Part shown: piece by piece, positions 1 to 12,249 of the stretch | Layout: each line of letters opens with the position of its first letter | Position numbering within the stretch: position 1 is the first letter of the stretch | Made by a program: the position numbers and the translations under genes | Assembly (NCBI GenBank): GCA_030390025.1 | Contig: CM059432.1 | Coordinates: 121,336,001-121,400,000 of the forward strand | Source: Squalus acanthias | Taxonomy: Eukaryota | Direction of reading: 5' to 3' | Length of the DNA: 64,000 bases | Notes under the pieces: model-generated | Told to the model about the DNA's origin: nothing | Seen by the model: the letters and a program-made list of their open reading frames with translations, nothing else | The model's database searches: none

Positions 1-64
1 ATTTGAACCCGGGTCCCTGGCGCTGTGAGGCAACAGTGCTAACCACTATGCCACCGTGTTGCCC
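1..64 (-). mobile_element. HE1-type (V-domain) tRNA-derived SINE, 5' head only (continues left of window)
   Basis: Reverse complement reads GGGCAACACGGTGGCATAGTGGTTAGCACTGTTGCCTCACAGCGCCAGGGACCCGGGTTCAAAT (A box and B box); nearly identical to the head of the full copy at 40329-40632. Confidence 0.85.
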
Positions 65-1512
65 TAAGTAACCCCACTATTTAAAAAAGGAGGGAGAGAG
101 AAAACCGGGAACTACAGACCGGTTAGCCTAACATCAGTAGTAGGGAAAATGCTAGAGTCTATTATAAAGATGTGTCAACAGGAGACTTAGAAAATATCAA
201 CGGGATTAGAAAAAGTCAACATGGATTTATGAAAGGGAAGTCGTGTTTGACAAACCTATTGGAGTTTTTGAGGATGTAACTGGTAGAATAGATAAGGAAG
301 AACCAGTGGATGTGGTGTATTTGGATTTTCAGAAGGCCTTTGATAAAGTCCAACTTAAGAGGTTAGTGTACAAAATTAAAGCACATGGGATTGGAAGTAA
401 TATACTGGCATGGATTGAAAATGAGTTAACAGACAGGAAACAGAGAGTAGGAATAAATGGGTCTTTTTCGGGGTGGCAGGCGGTGACTAGTGGGGTACCA
501 CAGGGATCAGTGCTTGGGCCCCAGCTATTCACAATATATATCAATGATTTGGATGAGGGAACCAAATGTAATATTTCCAAGTTTGCTGACGACACAAAAC
601 TAGGTGGGATTGTGAGTTGTGAGGAGGATGCAAAACGGCTTCAAGGCGATTTAGACAAGTTGAGTGAGTGGGCAAATACATGGCAGATGCAGTATACCGT
701 GGATAAATGTGAAGTTATCCACTTCGGTAGGAAAAACAGAAAGGTAGAGTATTATTTAAATGGTGATAGATTGGGAAATGCTGATGTACAAAGGGACCTG
801 GGTGTCCTTGTAAACCAGTCACTGAAAGCAAACATGCAGGTGCAGCAAGCAGTTAGGAAGGCAAATGGTATGTTGACCTTCATTGCAAGAGGATTTGAGT
901 ACAGGAGCAAAGATGTCTTACTACAGTTATACAGGGCCTTGGTGAGACCACACCTGGAGTACTGTGTGCAGTTTTGGTCTCCTTACCTAAGAAAGGATAT
1001 ACTTGCCATAGAGAGAGTGCAGCGAAGGTTCACCAGACTGATTCCTGGGATGGCCGGACTGTCGTATGAGGAGAGATTGGGTCGACTAGGCCTGGATTCA
1101 CTAGAGTTTAGAAGAATGAGAGGGGATCTCGTTGAAACGTATAAAATTCTGACAGGGCTAGACAGACTGGATGCAGTGAGGATGTTTCCCCCAGCTGAGG
1201 GGGTCTAGAACGAGGGGTCACTGTCTCAGGATACAGGGTAGGACATTTAGGACTGAGATGAGGAGAAATTTCTTCACTCAGAGGGTGGTGAACCTGTGGA
1301 ATTCTCTACCACAGAAGGCTATGGAGGCCAAGTCACTGAATATATTTAAGAAGGAGATAGACAGATTTCAAGACACAAAAGCCATTAAGGGGTATGGGGA
1401 GAGAGCGGGAATATGATATTGAGATAGAGGATCAGCCATGATCATATTGAATGGCGGAGCAGGCTCAAAGGGCCGAATGGCCTACTCCTGCTCCTATATT
1501 TCTATGTTTCTA
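65..1512 (+). mobile_element. CR1 (HER1-type) LINE, 3' half with RT domain, frameshifted
   Basis: ORF 243-1208 has YLDFQKAFDKV, GVPQGSVLGP, FADDTK, LVRPHLEYCVQFWSP; 3' UTR ends in the CR1 hairpin and CTATGTTT-like repeats. Confidence 0.95.
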
Positions 1513-1688
1513 CTGGAGAGGAAGAGGATGTCCCTGCGCACCCTCACTTGCTCCAACAAGATCTCCATGGCAGTGTCCACAAATCTTATTTCAGATATTT
1601 CTTCAACTTTAGCGTCACAATGAAATGGTTTTGTTTCTCTATAATGCTAAAGTGTAAAGGCACCCTCAAGTTGTTTGAAGAATTTTAA

Positions 1689-2287
1689 TGGGCGATTTTA
1701 AACCTGCTGACCAAGTGGAAACCAGGCAGGCGGGCAGTTTAAATCGGCAGGGAAACATGCCCGCCGACATCCCTCTTCATTCCTGCTGTCTTCTATTTTT
1801 AATCTACTCTTCTGAGGAAGCAGCAATGGATACCTCCATGAAGCCTGCAGGGTCCTTCTTTAAATATCCAGTCTGTGATTTTAATTGGTGGCCTGAGCAG
1901 GGAAGCCACTGTGGCTTTCCCAGCAAGTGAAGATCGAGAGAAGTGAAGCCAGAAGAGGCCCAAGCAGGTAAGTTTTTAAAAACTTTAAAAAAAAATTCCT
2001 GATGGAGCCAGCAGGAACAGGAGTACCCGGGCTTCCCGCTTCTCCCGAAACCCTCTCTCCGGATCGTGCCATTCGGCTTGTCTGGCGGCGTTTTGCTGTC
2101 CAACATTCCGCTCCCACTCACCGGCCAACTGCCACTTCCTGCCCGTTTAGGATGGGCAACTGTCCACAGGCACGGAGATGAGGCCAGGGAGTTAAAATTG
2201 CCCGAGCCTCATGGTGCCTAGGACAGCGGGATTAGGCGTCACATTGGTCCCCGCCGGCATATTCCCGCTGCGGGATAAAATCAGAGC
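1689..2287. mobile_element. Degenerate non-autonomous Harbinger-like MITE
   Basis: GC-rich island bounded by GGGCGATTTTA and TAAAATCAGAGC, resembling the TIRs of better-preserved MITEs here; internal CAGGTAAGT followed by an A/T tract. Confidence 0.5.
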
Positions 2288-3090
2288 TTTTCGTTTCACT
2301 TTACTATCAGTTTTCCCCGAAGAAGCACACAGCTTATCTCTCTGTTTCTTACAATCTCGCTCTCTGGTCTGTGTCCATGCTTTATGTTAGTTTATACTAA
2401 AGGTTACTAATTATTTTCAATGACTGGAATACTTGTTGAGCTTTATATGGATATTACAACAGAGCAAACTGTATGCCAGCATCGGTGTCCAAGAAAAGTA
2501 ACAGTGTTTAACTAAGGCAATAAAAAAGAGAGAATGATCGTTAGATATTAATCATGCCATTAGTAACAGATGGCTTGGCGAAAAGAATTATCCAAACATT
2601 AGAAACCATTCTTTCAAAGCGTGTATGTGAACATCTGAAGAAATGGAATGTTTGGTTGCCATATGTTCATTGAGCATACAAAACATTAGTCTGTGAATCC
2701 ACGCTGCTACACACTCTATTTTACAGTGATGTGTGGAAGACAGCCAGCTTTGCCACCTTGATGTGTTGACGGTTTCTTCTAGAAGTTGCACATTGATGCA
2801 CAGGATTCCGAACCACAAAGATGTTGCAGTGCTTGCAGCAAATCTCAGCAGATGTTTAGCAACAGCTTCCAATAGTTCAAGCAAGGTACACCCAAACTTT
2901 TATGTATCAAAGCTTTCTAATGTTTGGCTGTGTACTTCAGTGGGTAAGTGACAGGGGAGAGGGGGGCTGGAGAGTGGAGGGGGGAGGTATCAAGATCTTT
3001 AGTCAGCGATGGATAGGATCTTTATCAAGTTGCCAAATTATGTAAAACTTAGAATATAAGGCTGTATCAAAGAGAGGGTGTGTGAGGGCG

Positions 3091-5600
3091 ATTAATAATG
3101 GGGAACGGGGACATGGCAGAGACTCTGAACAAATATTTTGTATCTGTCTTCACGGTAGAAGTCACTAACAACATCCCAATAATGGACAATCAAGGGTCCA
3201 CAGGGAGGGGGGAACTAAAGACAATCACTATCACTAAGGAAAAAGTACTTGGTAAAATAATGGGACTAAAAGACAACAAGTCCCCTGGACCAGATGGCCT
3301 TCATCCCAGGGTCTTAAAAGGAGTGGCTGCAGAGATAGTGGATGCATTGGTTGCAATATACCAAAATTGCCTGGACTCTGGAGAGGTCCCAGCGGATTGG
3401 AAAACTGCAAATGTAACACTCCTATTTAAGAAAGGAGGGAAACAGAAAGCAGGAAACTATAGACCAGTTAGCCTAACATCTGTCGTTGGGAAAATGCTGG
3501 AGTCCTTCATTAAGGAAGCAGTAGCAGGGCATTTGGAAAATCATAATGCAGTCAAACAGAGTCAGCATGGTTTTATGAAAGTGAAAACATGTTTAACAAA
3601 TTTACTGGCATTCTTGGAGGATGTAACGAGCAGGGTGGATAAGGGTGAGCCAGTGGATGTGGTGTATTTGGATTTCCAGCAGGCATTCGATAAGGTGCCA
3701 CATAAAAGGTTACTGCATAAGATAAAAGCTCATGGAGTTGGGGGTAATATATTAGCATGGATAGAGAATTGGCTAACTACCAGAAAGCAGAGAGTCGGGA
3801 TAAATGGGTCTTTTTCTGGTTGGCAAACGGTAACTAGTGGGGTGCCACAGGTATCAGTGCTGGGACCTCAACTATTTACAATCTACATTAACGACTTGGA
3901 TGAAGGGACCGAGTGTAATGTAGCCAAGTTTGCGGATGATACAAAGATGGGTGGGAAAGCAAGTTGTGCAGAGGACTCAAAGGGCTGGATTTTGTCTTGG
4001 GGTCGGGTTGGGGTCGTGTGATCCGTATTTCGTGTTGCCCCCCCGACTCCAGATTAATGTGGATGAATGATGCAATTTTAACTTAATTGGACAATTGAGT
4101 TCCAGCATGTGGGAACCCATGAACCAATTAGTGGTTTGAGTCTGAAAGTCGCCTCTGATGATGTCATCATTGCAGAGACTGCCTGGTCTCAGAGATTGCC
4201 TGGCCTTTGCTGTGAGTGGACCTGGATGCAAAATATGAGAGAGAGAGAGGGAGAATTTTTTTTCCATCCAGGTCCTCTCACAGCAAGGCCAGGCAGTCTT
4301 TGAAGACATTCAATGCAGCAGCATCAACTTTCAGACCTAATACTACTACTACCTTCATCACATCTCCGTTGTAATAGTGGACCTGCAGCCAATAGTCAGC
4401 TATCCACTTGTGCTCCCGCCAGGTTTCACTGGAGTGTTTCACATCAGGCGTACTTCACGTCGGAAAAGAGTTAAACTAGCTAAAACGTTTCAAAATGGCA
4501 TCACAGAGCCAATTTAGGGCTTGTTAAGGGTTTTAATGGCCTCTCCCGCCTCTTGGAGGCGGGATGGAGTCGGGAACCCCGCGACTGATTTTGTCAAAAT
4601 TGCGTGGAGGCGGGATGGAGTCGGGATGGGGTCGGGACCCCCGACCCCGCAACTTTAACCCCCCACACGCCTCCAAACCCGACTCCACGGGTCATTGAAA
4701 ATCCAGCCCAAAGAATCTGCAAAGGGATATAGACAGGCTAAGTGAATGGGCAAACATTTGGCAGATGGAGTATAATGTGGGAAAGTGCGAAAATTATCCA
4801 CTTTGGCAGGAAAAATAAAAAAGCAAATTATTATTTAAATGGAGAGAGATTACAAAATGCTACAATTCAGAGGTACCTGGGGGTCCTTGTGCATAAAACA
4901 CAAAAAGTTAGCATGCAGGTACAGCAAGTAATCAAAAAGGCAAATGGAATGTTGGCCTTTATTGCAAGGGGGTTGGAGTATAAAAGCAGGGAAGTCCTGC
5001 TACAACTGTACAGGGTATTAGTGAGACCACACCTTGAGTACTGCGTACAGTTTTGATCTCCTTATTTAAGGAAGGATGTACTTGTATTGGAGGCAGTTCA
5101 GAGAAGGTTCACTAGGTTGATTCCTGAGATGAGGGGTTTGACTTATGAAGAAAGGTTGAGCAGGTTGGGTCTATACTCATTGGAATTTAGAAGAATGAGA
5201 AGTGATCTTATTGAAACATATAAGAAACTGAGGGGGCTTGACAAGGTAGATGCAGAGAGGATGTTTCACCTCGTGGGGAAATCTAGAACTCGGGGGCATA
5301 GTTTCAGAATAAAGGGTCGCCCTTTTAGAACTGAGAAGAGGAGGAATTTCTTCTCTCAGAGGGTCGTAAACCGATGGAATTCTTTGCCCCAGAGAGCCGT
5401 GGAGGCTGGGTCATTAAATACATTTAAGGTGGAGATAGACAGATTTTTACAAGATAAGGGAGTGAAGGGTTATGGGGAGCGGGCAGGGAAGTGGCTTTGA
5501 GCCCAAGATCAGCCATGATCTTATTGAATGGCAGAGCAGGCTCGAGGAGCCAAGTGGCCTATTCCTGCTCCTATTTCTTATGTTCTTATGTTCTTATGAT
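3091..5600 (+). mobile_element. CR1 (HER1-type) LINE, 5'-truncated, interrupted by a MITE at 3982-4709
   Basis: ORFs 3098-4021, 4742-5056 and 5087-5500 carry KSPGPDGLHPRVLK, NYRPVSLTS, FADDTK, RRFTRLIP; tail (TTCTTATG)n; sequence is colinear once the MITE is removed. Confidence 0.95.
3982..4709. mobile_element. Non-autonomous PIF/Harbinger MITE
   Basis: Perfect 12-bp TIR GGGCTGGATTTT...AAAATCCAGCCC with 3-bp TSD AAA (3979-3981 / 4710-4712), cleanly splitting a CR1 RT region. Confidence 0.9.
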
Positions 5601-5960
5601 TCTCAACAAGGTTGTCGACCCCAGAGTCTGAGGGGCTACTCGGACCCTGAACCCACTGCCTGGGGCACTGCTGGCCTCTGATTCAGCTCTGCGACTGTCA
5701 ATCAAAAATGCTGACCCAGAGAGGCAGCAGGTGGGATGTTTGAGGTTACAAGTCTCTCATAGAGATGTTAGTTTTGAACAAAAGAGTCATACCTCACAAA
5801 TATATTGGCTGAAAGACAAAAGAGATTCCTTGGAGAAGCGAAGGGGTCCGAATAAGAAGGAAGACATAGGGATAGAAAGATCAGGAAAGCAAGGAACTGT
5901 AGATGAAGTAAAGCTATGCTGAACACTGAAATTAGGGAAAAAGAGAGGAAAGGAAAGGAA

Positions 5961-6426
5961 GCTGAGCGCGAGTAATCTAGAGGCTTGGACTAATAATCCA
6001 GAAACCATGCGCTCAAATCCCACTCTGGCAGTTTGAGAATTTGAATCCAGTTAAAAAAAAAATCTGGAAATTAAAAGCAGGTTAACAGAAAACAAGCAAC
6101 AGTGAAGCTGTCGGAGTGTCATAAAACCCAATTGGCTCTTTAATGTCCTTTAGGGAAGGAAACCTGCCGTCATTAGCCAATGCGGCCCAGACGTGACTCT
6201 AATCCCACACCAGTGTGGTTGATTCTTAACTGTCCTCTGAAGTGGCCTAGCAAGCGATTCAGTTGTACCAAATCACTACAAAGAATACAAAGCAGTGTGG
6301 GAGCACCTTCCCCACACTGACTCCAGCGGTTCAAGAAGCCCCACCACCACCTTCTTAGGGCAACTAGGTGGGTAATAAATGCCAGCCTTGCCAGCAACAC
6401 TTCCGTCTTGAGAATGAATTTTAAAC
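5961..6426 (+). mobile_element. SINE-like internal-deletion derivative of the tRNA-headed LINE at 31712-37166
   Basis: About 5961-6285 aligns by eye to the LINE 5' leader (B-box-like GCTCAAATCCC, GTCCTTTAGGGAAGGAAA, TGGCCTAGCAAG); about 6290-6426 aligns to the LINE 3' end (CACCACCACCTTCT..AGGGCAA..AATAAATGC..GCCTTGCCAGC). A box eroded. Confidence 0.85.
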
Positions 6427-6959
6427 AAGGAGTGGGTAGTGAAAGTCAATATTGAAGTAGAAGAAAATAAATTATTATTGGCAATAAAAGAATGAAGTAA
6501 AGGGCAAGGTGCGAAGTTTGCTTAATCACTGGGTTTCACATGAATCCTCATTACCAAGTATTGATGATAAAATATGTGCTTACTTTTACAATTCTAAACA
6601 ATCTACACATATTTCTCTAGTTTAGTGATAAGAGCATAACACATGTAGAAAACTGTTAAAACGTATGGGGGAAAATTTACTCTGTGCACTATGTGTAATA
6701 AAGTTGTAAGCCCATTCTTCATGAACAGGTTTATGATTTTATTACACATGGCGCAGAGAGGAAATCTTCCCACATAAACAAAATTACGCTGTGCCTGTCT
6801 AGTGGGGAATTCCATCGTATGGAAGAAATACTGTTGCTGTTGCAAAGATTAACGATGGTGGCACAATAAATGTGGCAACTAGACAGGGGTTTCAGTATCT
6901 GGTGATTTCTGCTAAATCTCTCCCTCAGCTGCACTTCATTCATTTGTCTTCAATAATAT

Positions 6960-7260
6960 TCCAGTGCAATGGATTGATAGCAATCTGTCCCTTCATCTCT
7001 GAGACCTGGGTGAGGTTCCCGTCTGGACTGACAGGATGAAAGTCTCCTCAGTTTGCTGCCTATATGGATCCTATATGAAATGTTTCTGGACAGACTCGAT
7101 CCAGTTCCTAGTGGGCGTGGGCCCACAGCATGAAACTGCTTCTAATTTGGCACTCACACATGCCAGAAGGAAGGCTGATTTGGGAAGTTAAAGTTTCACA
7201 CTCATCCACTAAAGGATGTTCTTCTGTGGTTAGATTGAAGGCACATTCAGAGTGAAATTT
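6960..7260 (+). mobile_element. Old LF-SINE-like element
   Basis: Ordered blocks CCTATATGAAATG, TCCAGTTCCTAGTGG, AATTTGGCACT, AGGCACATT resemble the LF-SINE consensus as I recall it; boundaries approximate. Confidence 0.6.
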
Positions 7261-7533
7261 CTCCTGTCGATGAGCACAACATTTTCCTATAAACAAAAGC
7301 AATGGAGCATGGACTTACAGTACCCAAAAATATCTTCTTCGGTGACTCAGCCTCAAGTCCAGAGAGAATAGAGTACAAGCATATCAGAAAAAGAACCATT
7401 ATAGCACAGATAAAGAACAACTGGCAGAAAACAAAATAGGAAAACAACAGCCAGGAATTGCGCAGAAATACAAGCGGTGCCCTAGGACAAGGCCGGACCT
7501 GTTACAGCAAAAGGGACCTTATACAATGAGAGA

Positions 7534-7780
7534 TGGGAATTCCTTTGGAGCTGCTCCTGCTGTTACGCCGGCAGTGCGGGAGCAGCTCCGAGGAAATTCC
7601 TAGCCCATGGGGGCCGAGTTTAACTTTTGGCAGTGGCGGCAAATGGGCAAGCGTGGATCAGCCGCCTGATCTTCCCTTCAAATGAAGTCAGTGGAAAGGA
7701 AACTCGAGCAGGGTGCATAGCGGAAGGGCCAATCCGCCACCACTTGTTCCCCGCCACTGCCGACAGCTAAAGCCAGCCCT
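7534..7780. mobile_element. Two adjacent tiny hairpin MITE-like elements (about 7534-7606 and 7609-7779)
   Basis: Inverted arms GGAGCTGCTCC...GGGAGCAGCTCC ending in GAAATTCCTAGCCC; second unit has GGCAGTGGCGG...CCGCCACTGCC with GGG../..CCC ends. Confidence 0.5.
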
Positions 7781-8909
7781 ATGGTGTTTAAAAGGGTGAT
7801 GAGGAATAATGCAAGGAAATGTGCACATTTTGTGCAGATTTAAATCTGCTGATAATAAACAGACGATTACAATGTTCTCTTCCTTACATTAGAATAGATC
7901 AAGAATGTGAGTCTGCCCATCAGACTTAGGAGCTGCCGCCAAAAAGCGTTTATAAAAGTTTCTTAAGACTATTTCTAACCCCACCAACTGTGAACAACAA
8001 TTTCTGGAGCTAATTGCAACGAAACATTACAGTGTTGATGCAAATTAACTACTCAGAATGTAAGGAAACCGCTAGGAGCTCAGAAGATGGTGAATATTGT
8101 AACTGTACTAAGCCATGTGGAGATTGTATTTTATAACAACAATTCAGTAATTTTAACAGCAGGCATCAAAGTACTCATATTCTAATTAAAGTAGCTTAGC
8201 AACAGTGAAGAACCCCTTGCTCAAAGATTCAGTTAGAACCAGTACAGCGCTTCTTAAACCAATTGGCCTAGATTGATGCAAACTAACATCAGAACGAATG
8301 TGAAAACAACAGGGCAAATTCAACATCGTTGTTTATGAACATAAAACAATAACCAATTTAGAAGGACAGAGGCCTGCGCCCAATCTGCACAGGCATTTGG
8401 GCCACTGTGAAGATGTTCAGGGCCTTGCGCGGCGCAAGCACTGACTTCGGGCATTGAGCGGCTTAGCCAGCAGTCTTTAAACACTGATTTCATGTGACAA
8501 TGTGGTTTTACTGTGCATACATATATTTAGCACAGGTGCTTCTTTTTAACCACTGTGCCTACGCCTGTACCTCTCTGTACTGTTCTTAAACCTATCCAGG
8601 TGCTGGGCTGAGGTGCTACTCAAAGGTCAGGGCTGCCAGTGGTGCTTGGCCATGCTGTGATATCATGAGCCTCTTGGGACCATGGTGGCCCTCATCTCAG
8701 GGCTTCTGAGCCCTGAGACGACACTTCAGCAGGTTGGTGATGGTGGCCCGAAACTCTCAGAAGCCAGTTTCTATCATTGTCTCCAAATGGTGCCCTCAAG
8801 GTCTGAAGACTGGTAGTCAAAGCATCCATTTTAAATGCAATAACTGGTCTGGAGGTGCCTGTCAGGAGGGATGGATGCAAATGTTTGTGGTGCCGCTGCC
8901 TGAATTATA

Positions 8910-9714
8910 GGGGGCGATTTTGTCAGCCCTGGGGAGGTGGGTTTGGAGGCGGGACTGCCGGGAAAATGGCAGAATCCCTCCCCCAACCCGCCTCCCCAGG
9001 AGGTGGGTATCCGACCTGCGCCGGGTCCCGTTTCCTTGAGGTGGGAAGGGGATTAGTGCCAATTAACTGCCTGTTAACAGGTAGTTATCAGACAGTTTTT
9101 TGGCTAATCCCCATTTTGCGCCCTGAAGTGTGGGCTTCCTGACGGCTCCGAACCTCGCCAGGGTCACGAGGCGGGCCGTCGGTCTGCGGGGGTCGGAGGG
9201 GCCGAGATGTCCGGTGTTCAGGTGAGTGATGGGTGGATGTGTGCAGAGGTAAGTGTGTGAGGTGTGTGTAAAGTGTTTTGAAAGCTTTACTTACCTTCTT
9301 CCTGCAGGCTTCCTCCCTTCAGGTCTCGGGAGTCCCTCAGCTCACCGGCACAGAAAGCAGAATGGCCGCTGAACTGTCAACAGCTGCAGCCTCTGCTTTC
9401 TGCTCAGGAGAGCTCTCTAACTCAGCCTGAGTGACAGGACTGAAGTTAGAGGACAGATTGTCAGTGTTTGACAGCTTCACAGAGCTCTCAAACGCTGACA
9501 TATCATCTGTCAAAAGCTCTTGACAGATGAAACGTCACTCGCTGACGTCACTTGTAGCTGGCTTTCCCTTAATTGGCCTACTAAGCTCGCTGGGCGGGCT
9601 TAACAAGGTCAATCAAGGGAAAATAGCGTGGGTTGGCCACAAGTCGATGGAAGCGGGGCTAAAACACGTCAAGTGGGAGTCCCGCCTCCAAAAGCTCCCC
9701 ATTGACAAAATCCA
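8910..9714. mobile_element. Harbinger-type MITE related to 9829-10669
   Basis: Ends GGGGCGATTTTGTCA...TGACAAAATCC; interior colinear with 9829-10669 (CTCACCGGCACAGAAAGCAG, CATCTGTCAAAAGCTCTTGACAGATG). Confidence 0.8.
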
Positions 9715-11240
9715 ATACAGAAGGAGTCCATTCGGTTCATTGAGTCTGCGCCAGCTCTTTCAAAGAGCATTCCAGTTAGACCCACTCTCCGGCTTTTTCC
9801 CCAGATCCTTGCAATTCATAGAGTCATAGGGCTGGATTTTCAATGACCCATGGAATCGGGTTTGGAGGCGGGGGGGGGGGCGGGGGGTTAAGGTTGCAGT
9901 TTCGGGGGTCCCGACCCCATCCCGCCTCCATGCCAGTTTCTCTGGCGGTGGGTACCCGACCTGTGCTGAGACCCGACTCCCCGAGGCGGGAAGGGATTAG
10001 TGACAATTAACTGCCTGTTAACAAGTAGTTAACAGGCAGTTTTTTGCATAATCCCTATTTTCATTGCTGAAATGTGGGCTTCCCGACAGGTGGCAACCAC
10101 GCCAAGTTATCGGGGCGGGCCGTAGGTCTGCAAGGGTTGGAGGGGTCGATATGTCCAGTGGGCAGGTGAGTGATGGGTGCATGTGTGCAGAGGTAAGTGT
10201 GTAAGGTAAGTGCTAAGTGTTGGAAAAAGTTTTACTTACCTTAACTTCCTCCTGCAGGTGTCAGCCCTTCAGTTCTCGGGAGTTAGAAATCTCACCGGCA
10301 CAGAAAGCAGGAAAGCCGTGGTTCTGTCAAAAACTGCAGCCTTCTGTTTTCTGTGCTGGAATGATTTCTAACTCAGCCTGAAAGGAAGGACTGAAGTTAG
10401 AAATCATATTGTGAGTGTTTGACAGCTTCACAGAGCTGTCAAACACTGATATTTCATCTGTCAAAAGCTCTTGACAGATGAAATGTCAATCTGTGACGTC
10501 ACCTGTTGCCGGGTGGCCCTTAATTGGCCTGCTGAGCCCACTGGGCGGGCTCAACAAGGTCAATCAAGGGAAAATACAGTGGGTTGGCCACATCTTGATG
10601 GAGGCGGGTTCACAAGCCAGAATGTGTGATTCCCGACACCAACCCGACCCCAGATTCAAAATCCAGCCCATAGAGTCATAACTGCACAGAAGGAGGCCTA
10701 TCGAGTCCGTGCCGGCTCTCTGTAGAGCAATCCAGTCAGTCCCATTCCCCCGCTCTATCCCCGTAGCCTTGCAAGTTTATTTCCCTCAAGTGCCTATCCA
10801 GTCTCCCCTTGAAAACATTGAGTGTCTCCGCTTCTACCACTTCCGTCGGCAGCGAATTCCAAGTCATCACCACTCGCTGCGTAAAAAAGTTTTTCCTCAC
10901 GTCCCCCCTGTATCTCTTGCTCAAAACCTTAAATCTGTGTCCCCTAGTCCTTGTACCATCAACTAGTGGGAACAGCCTTTCCCCATCTAGCCTATCCAAA
11001 CCCGTCATTATCTCGTACACCTCTATAAAATCACCCCTCAACCTCCTTTGCTCTAATGAAAACAAATCCAGCTTCTCCAACCTGTCCTTCTTTCTCCTTC
11101 AAGTATTTATCCAATTCTCTTTTGAAGGCTACTATTGAATCTGTATCCATCACCCTATCCAAAGCCTAACCACTCGTTGCATAAAAAGGCTTTTCCTCAT
11201 GTCACCTCGGGTTCTTTTGCCAATCACCTTAAATCTGTGC
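9715..11240 (-). mobile_element. Nested CR1 3' ends: older tail (about 9715-9815 plus 11087-11240) interrupted by a younger CR1 3' fragment (about 9816-11086)
   Basis: ORF 10736-11080 is a CR1 ORF2 C-terminus (LFSLEQRRLRGD, NFFTQRVV); (CATAGAGT)n tail; the flanking halves join into a tail like 25960-26160. Confidence 0.85.
9829..10669. mobile_element. Non-autonomous PIF/Harbinger MITE
   Basis: Perfect TIR GGGCTGGATTTT...AAAATCCAGCCC with TSD ATA (9826-9828 / 10670-10672), inserted in a CR1 tail repeat. Confidence 0.9.
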
Positions 11241-11399
11241 TATTATTACGTTGAATTATTCTCAGATAATGCCACTAAGGATGTCATTAAACTTTGCCAT
11301 GGCTCCTGCCATCTGTCTCACATCCTCAAAAATAGCCCTTGGTACTTCCAGGTGAGCGTAATGCTCATCCACCATCCTTCTGTTTATAGCAAGACCACA

Positions 11400-11900
11400 G
11401 AGATCTGAGTCCACAGACTCCAGAGCCAGGGGCTGACTTCTGTGGAGCCTCCGCTCCCCACTTCCAGATCCCACTTTCACCTCTGACTCCTCTGGCACCG
11501 TGAGGGTAATGAATGAAGAAGTGCTACAATATATAAAGAGACTGAAAGGAAGGGTCAGGAGAGGAGGTAACTTATCTTGGTTGATTTGGTGAGGTCATTA
11601 AGCTTCTTCTTGCAATGCAAAGGAGTCCTGGGGTTGTAAGATGTGCCACTCACTGCCACAAACATTTCCCGCCACAAAATGGGCCTACGGCCCCTGGCCC
11701 CAGTCATACCATCTCTTCCGCTTTGTATTTCTGTTAAATGGACAGACAGGACAGGCTTTATGAAATTTGTCGGTTGTTTCTTAGCTCTAGCTACCTTGTT
11801 TCCCCGTTTACTCGTTTCCTGCAGTGCTTCTATTGCCCCTTTAAGCAGCAAAAGGTTTATATCCTGCTGTTGCGCCAAGTCTTTGCCTCTCCTCCAGGTA
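11400..11900 (-). pseudogene. Degenerate Harbinger Myb/SANT-like gene fragment
   Basis: ORF 11555-11998 ends ..WREMFVAVSGTSYNPRTPLHCKKKLNDLTKSTK, matching exon 1 of the other Harbinger copies; boundaries approximate. Confidence 0.6.
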
Positions 11901-12249
11901 TTTTGCAGCCCCAGATGTCCTTTCACTCCCCACCTTTCCTGTCCCACCACCCCCCTCATTTTTCCCTCCCAACTCCCCCATCCCCATACTCCCCTCACTC
12001 ACCTTTACTCTCCCCCCACCCCAGATCCTCTGCCCCTTCGTGTATTTTATGCTCCCTCTATCATGGCCTATTTGGGGTCTAACTGCTGCCTGTGCAGATT
12101 TAACTTAGCTGACCCCACAGTGGGACCCCACTATCCAGAGGTGTGCCAAAGTCCTGCTCCACCTCAGGTGTGCCACCACAATCCTGGGCCCATTATGTCC
12201 ACGATAGGATGATGGGGATAATTTCCACCCTCATCGCTTGGGCAGTAAT

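Noticed and set aside
2720..2950. Possible host exon (TTTTACAG acceptor, GG|GTAAGT donor, 72-aa ORF)
   Set aside because: The only long frame begins with a stop right after the acceptor, there is no recognisable domain and no partner exons; a non-coding exon cannot be excluded.
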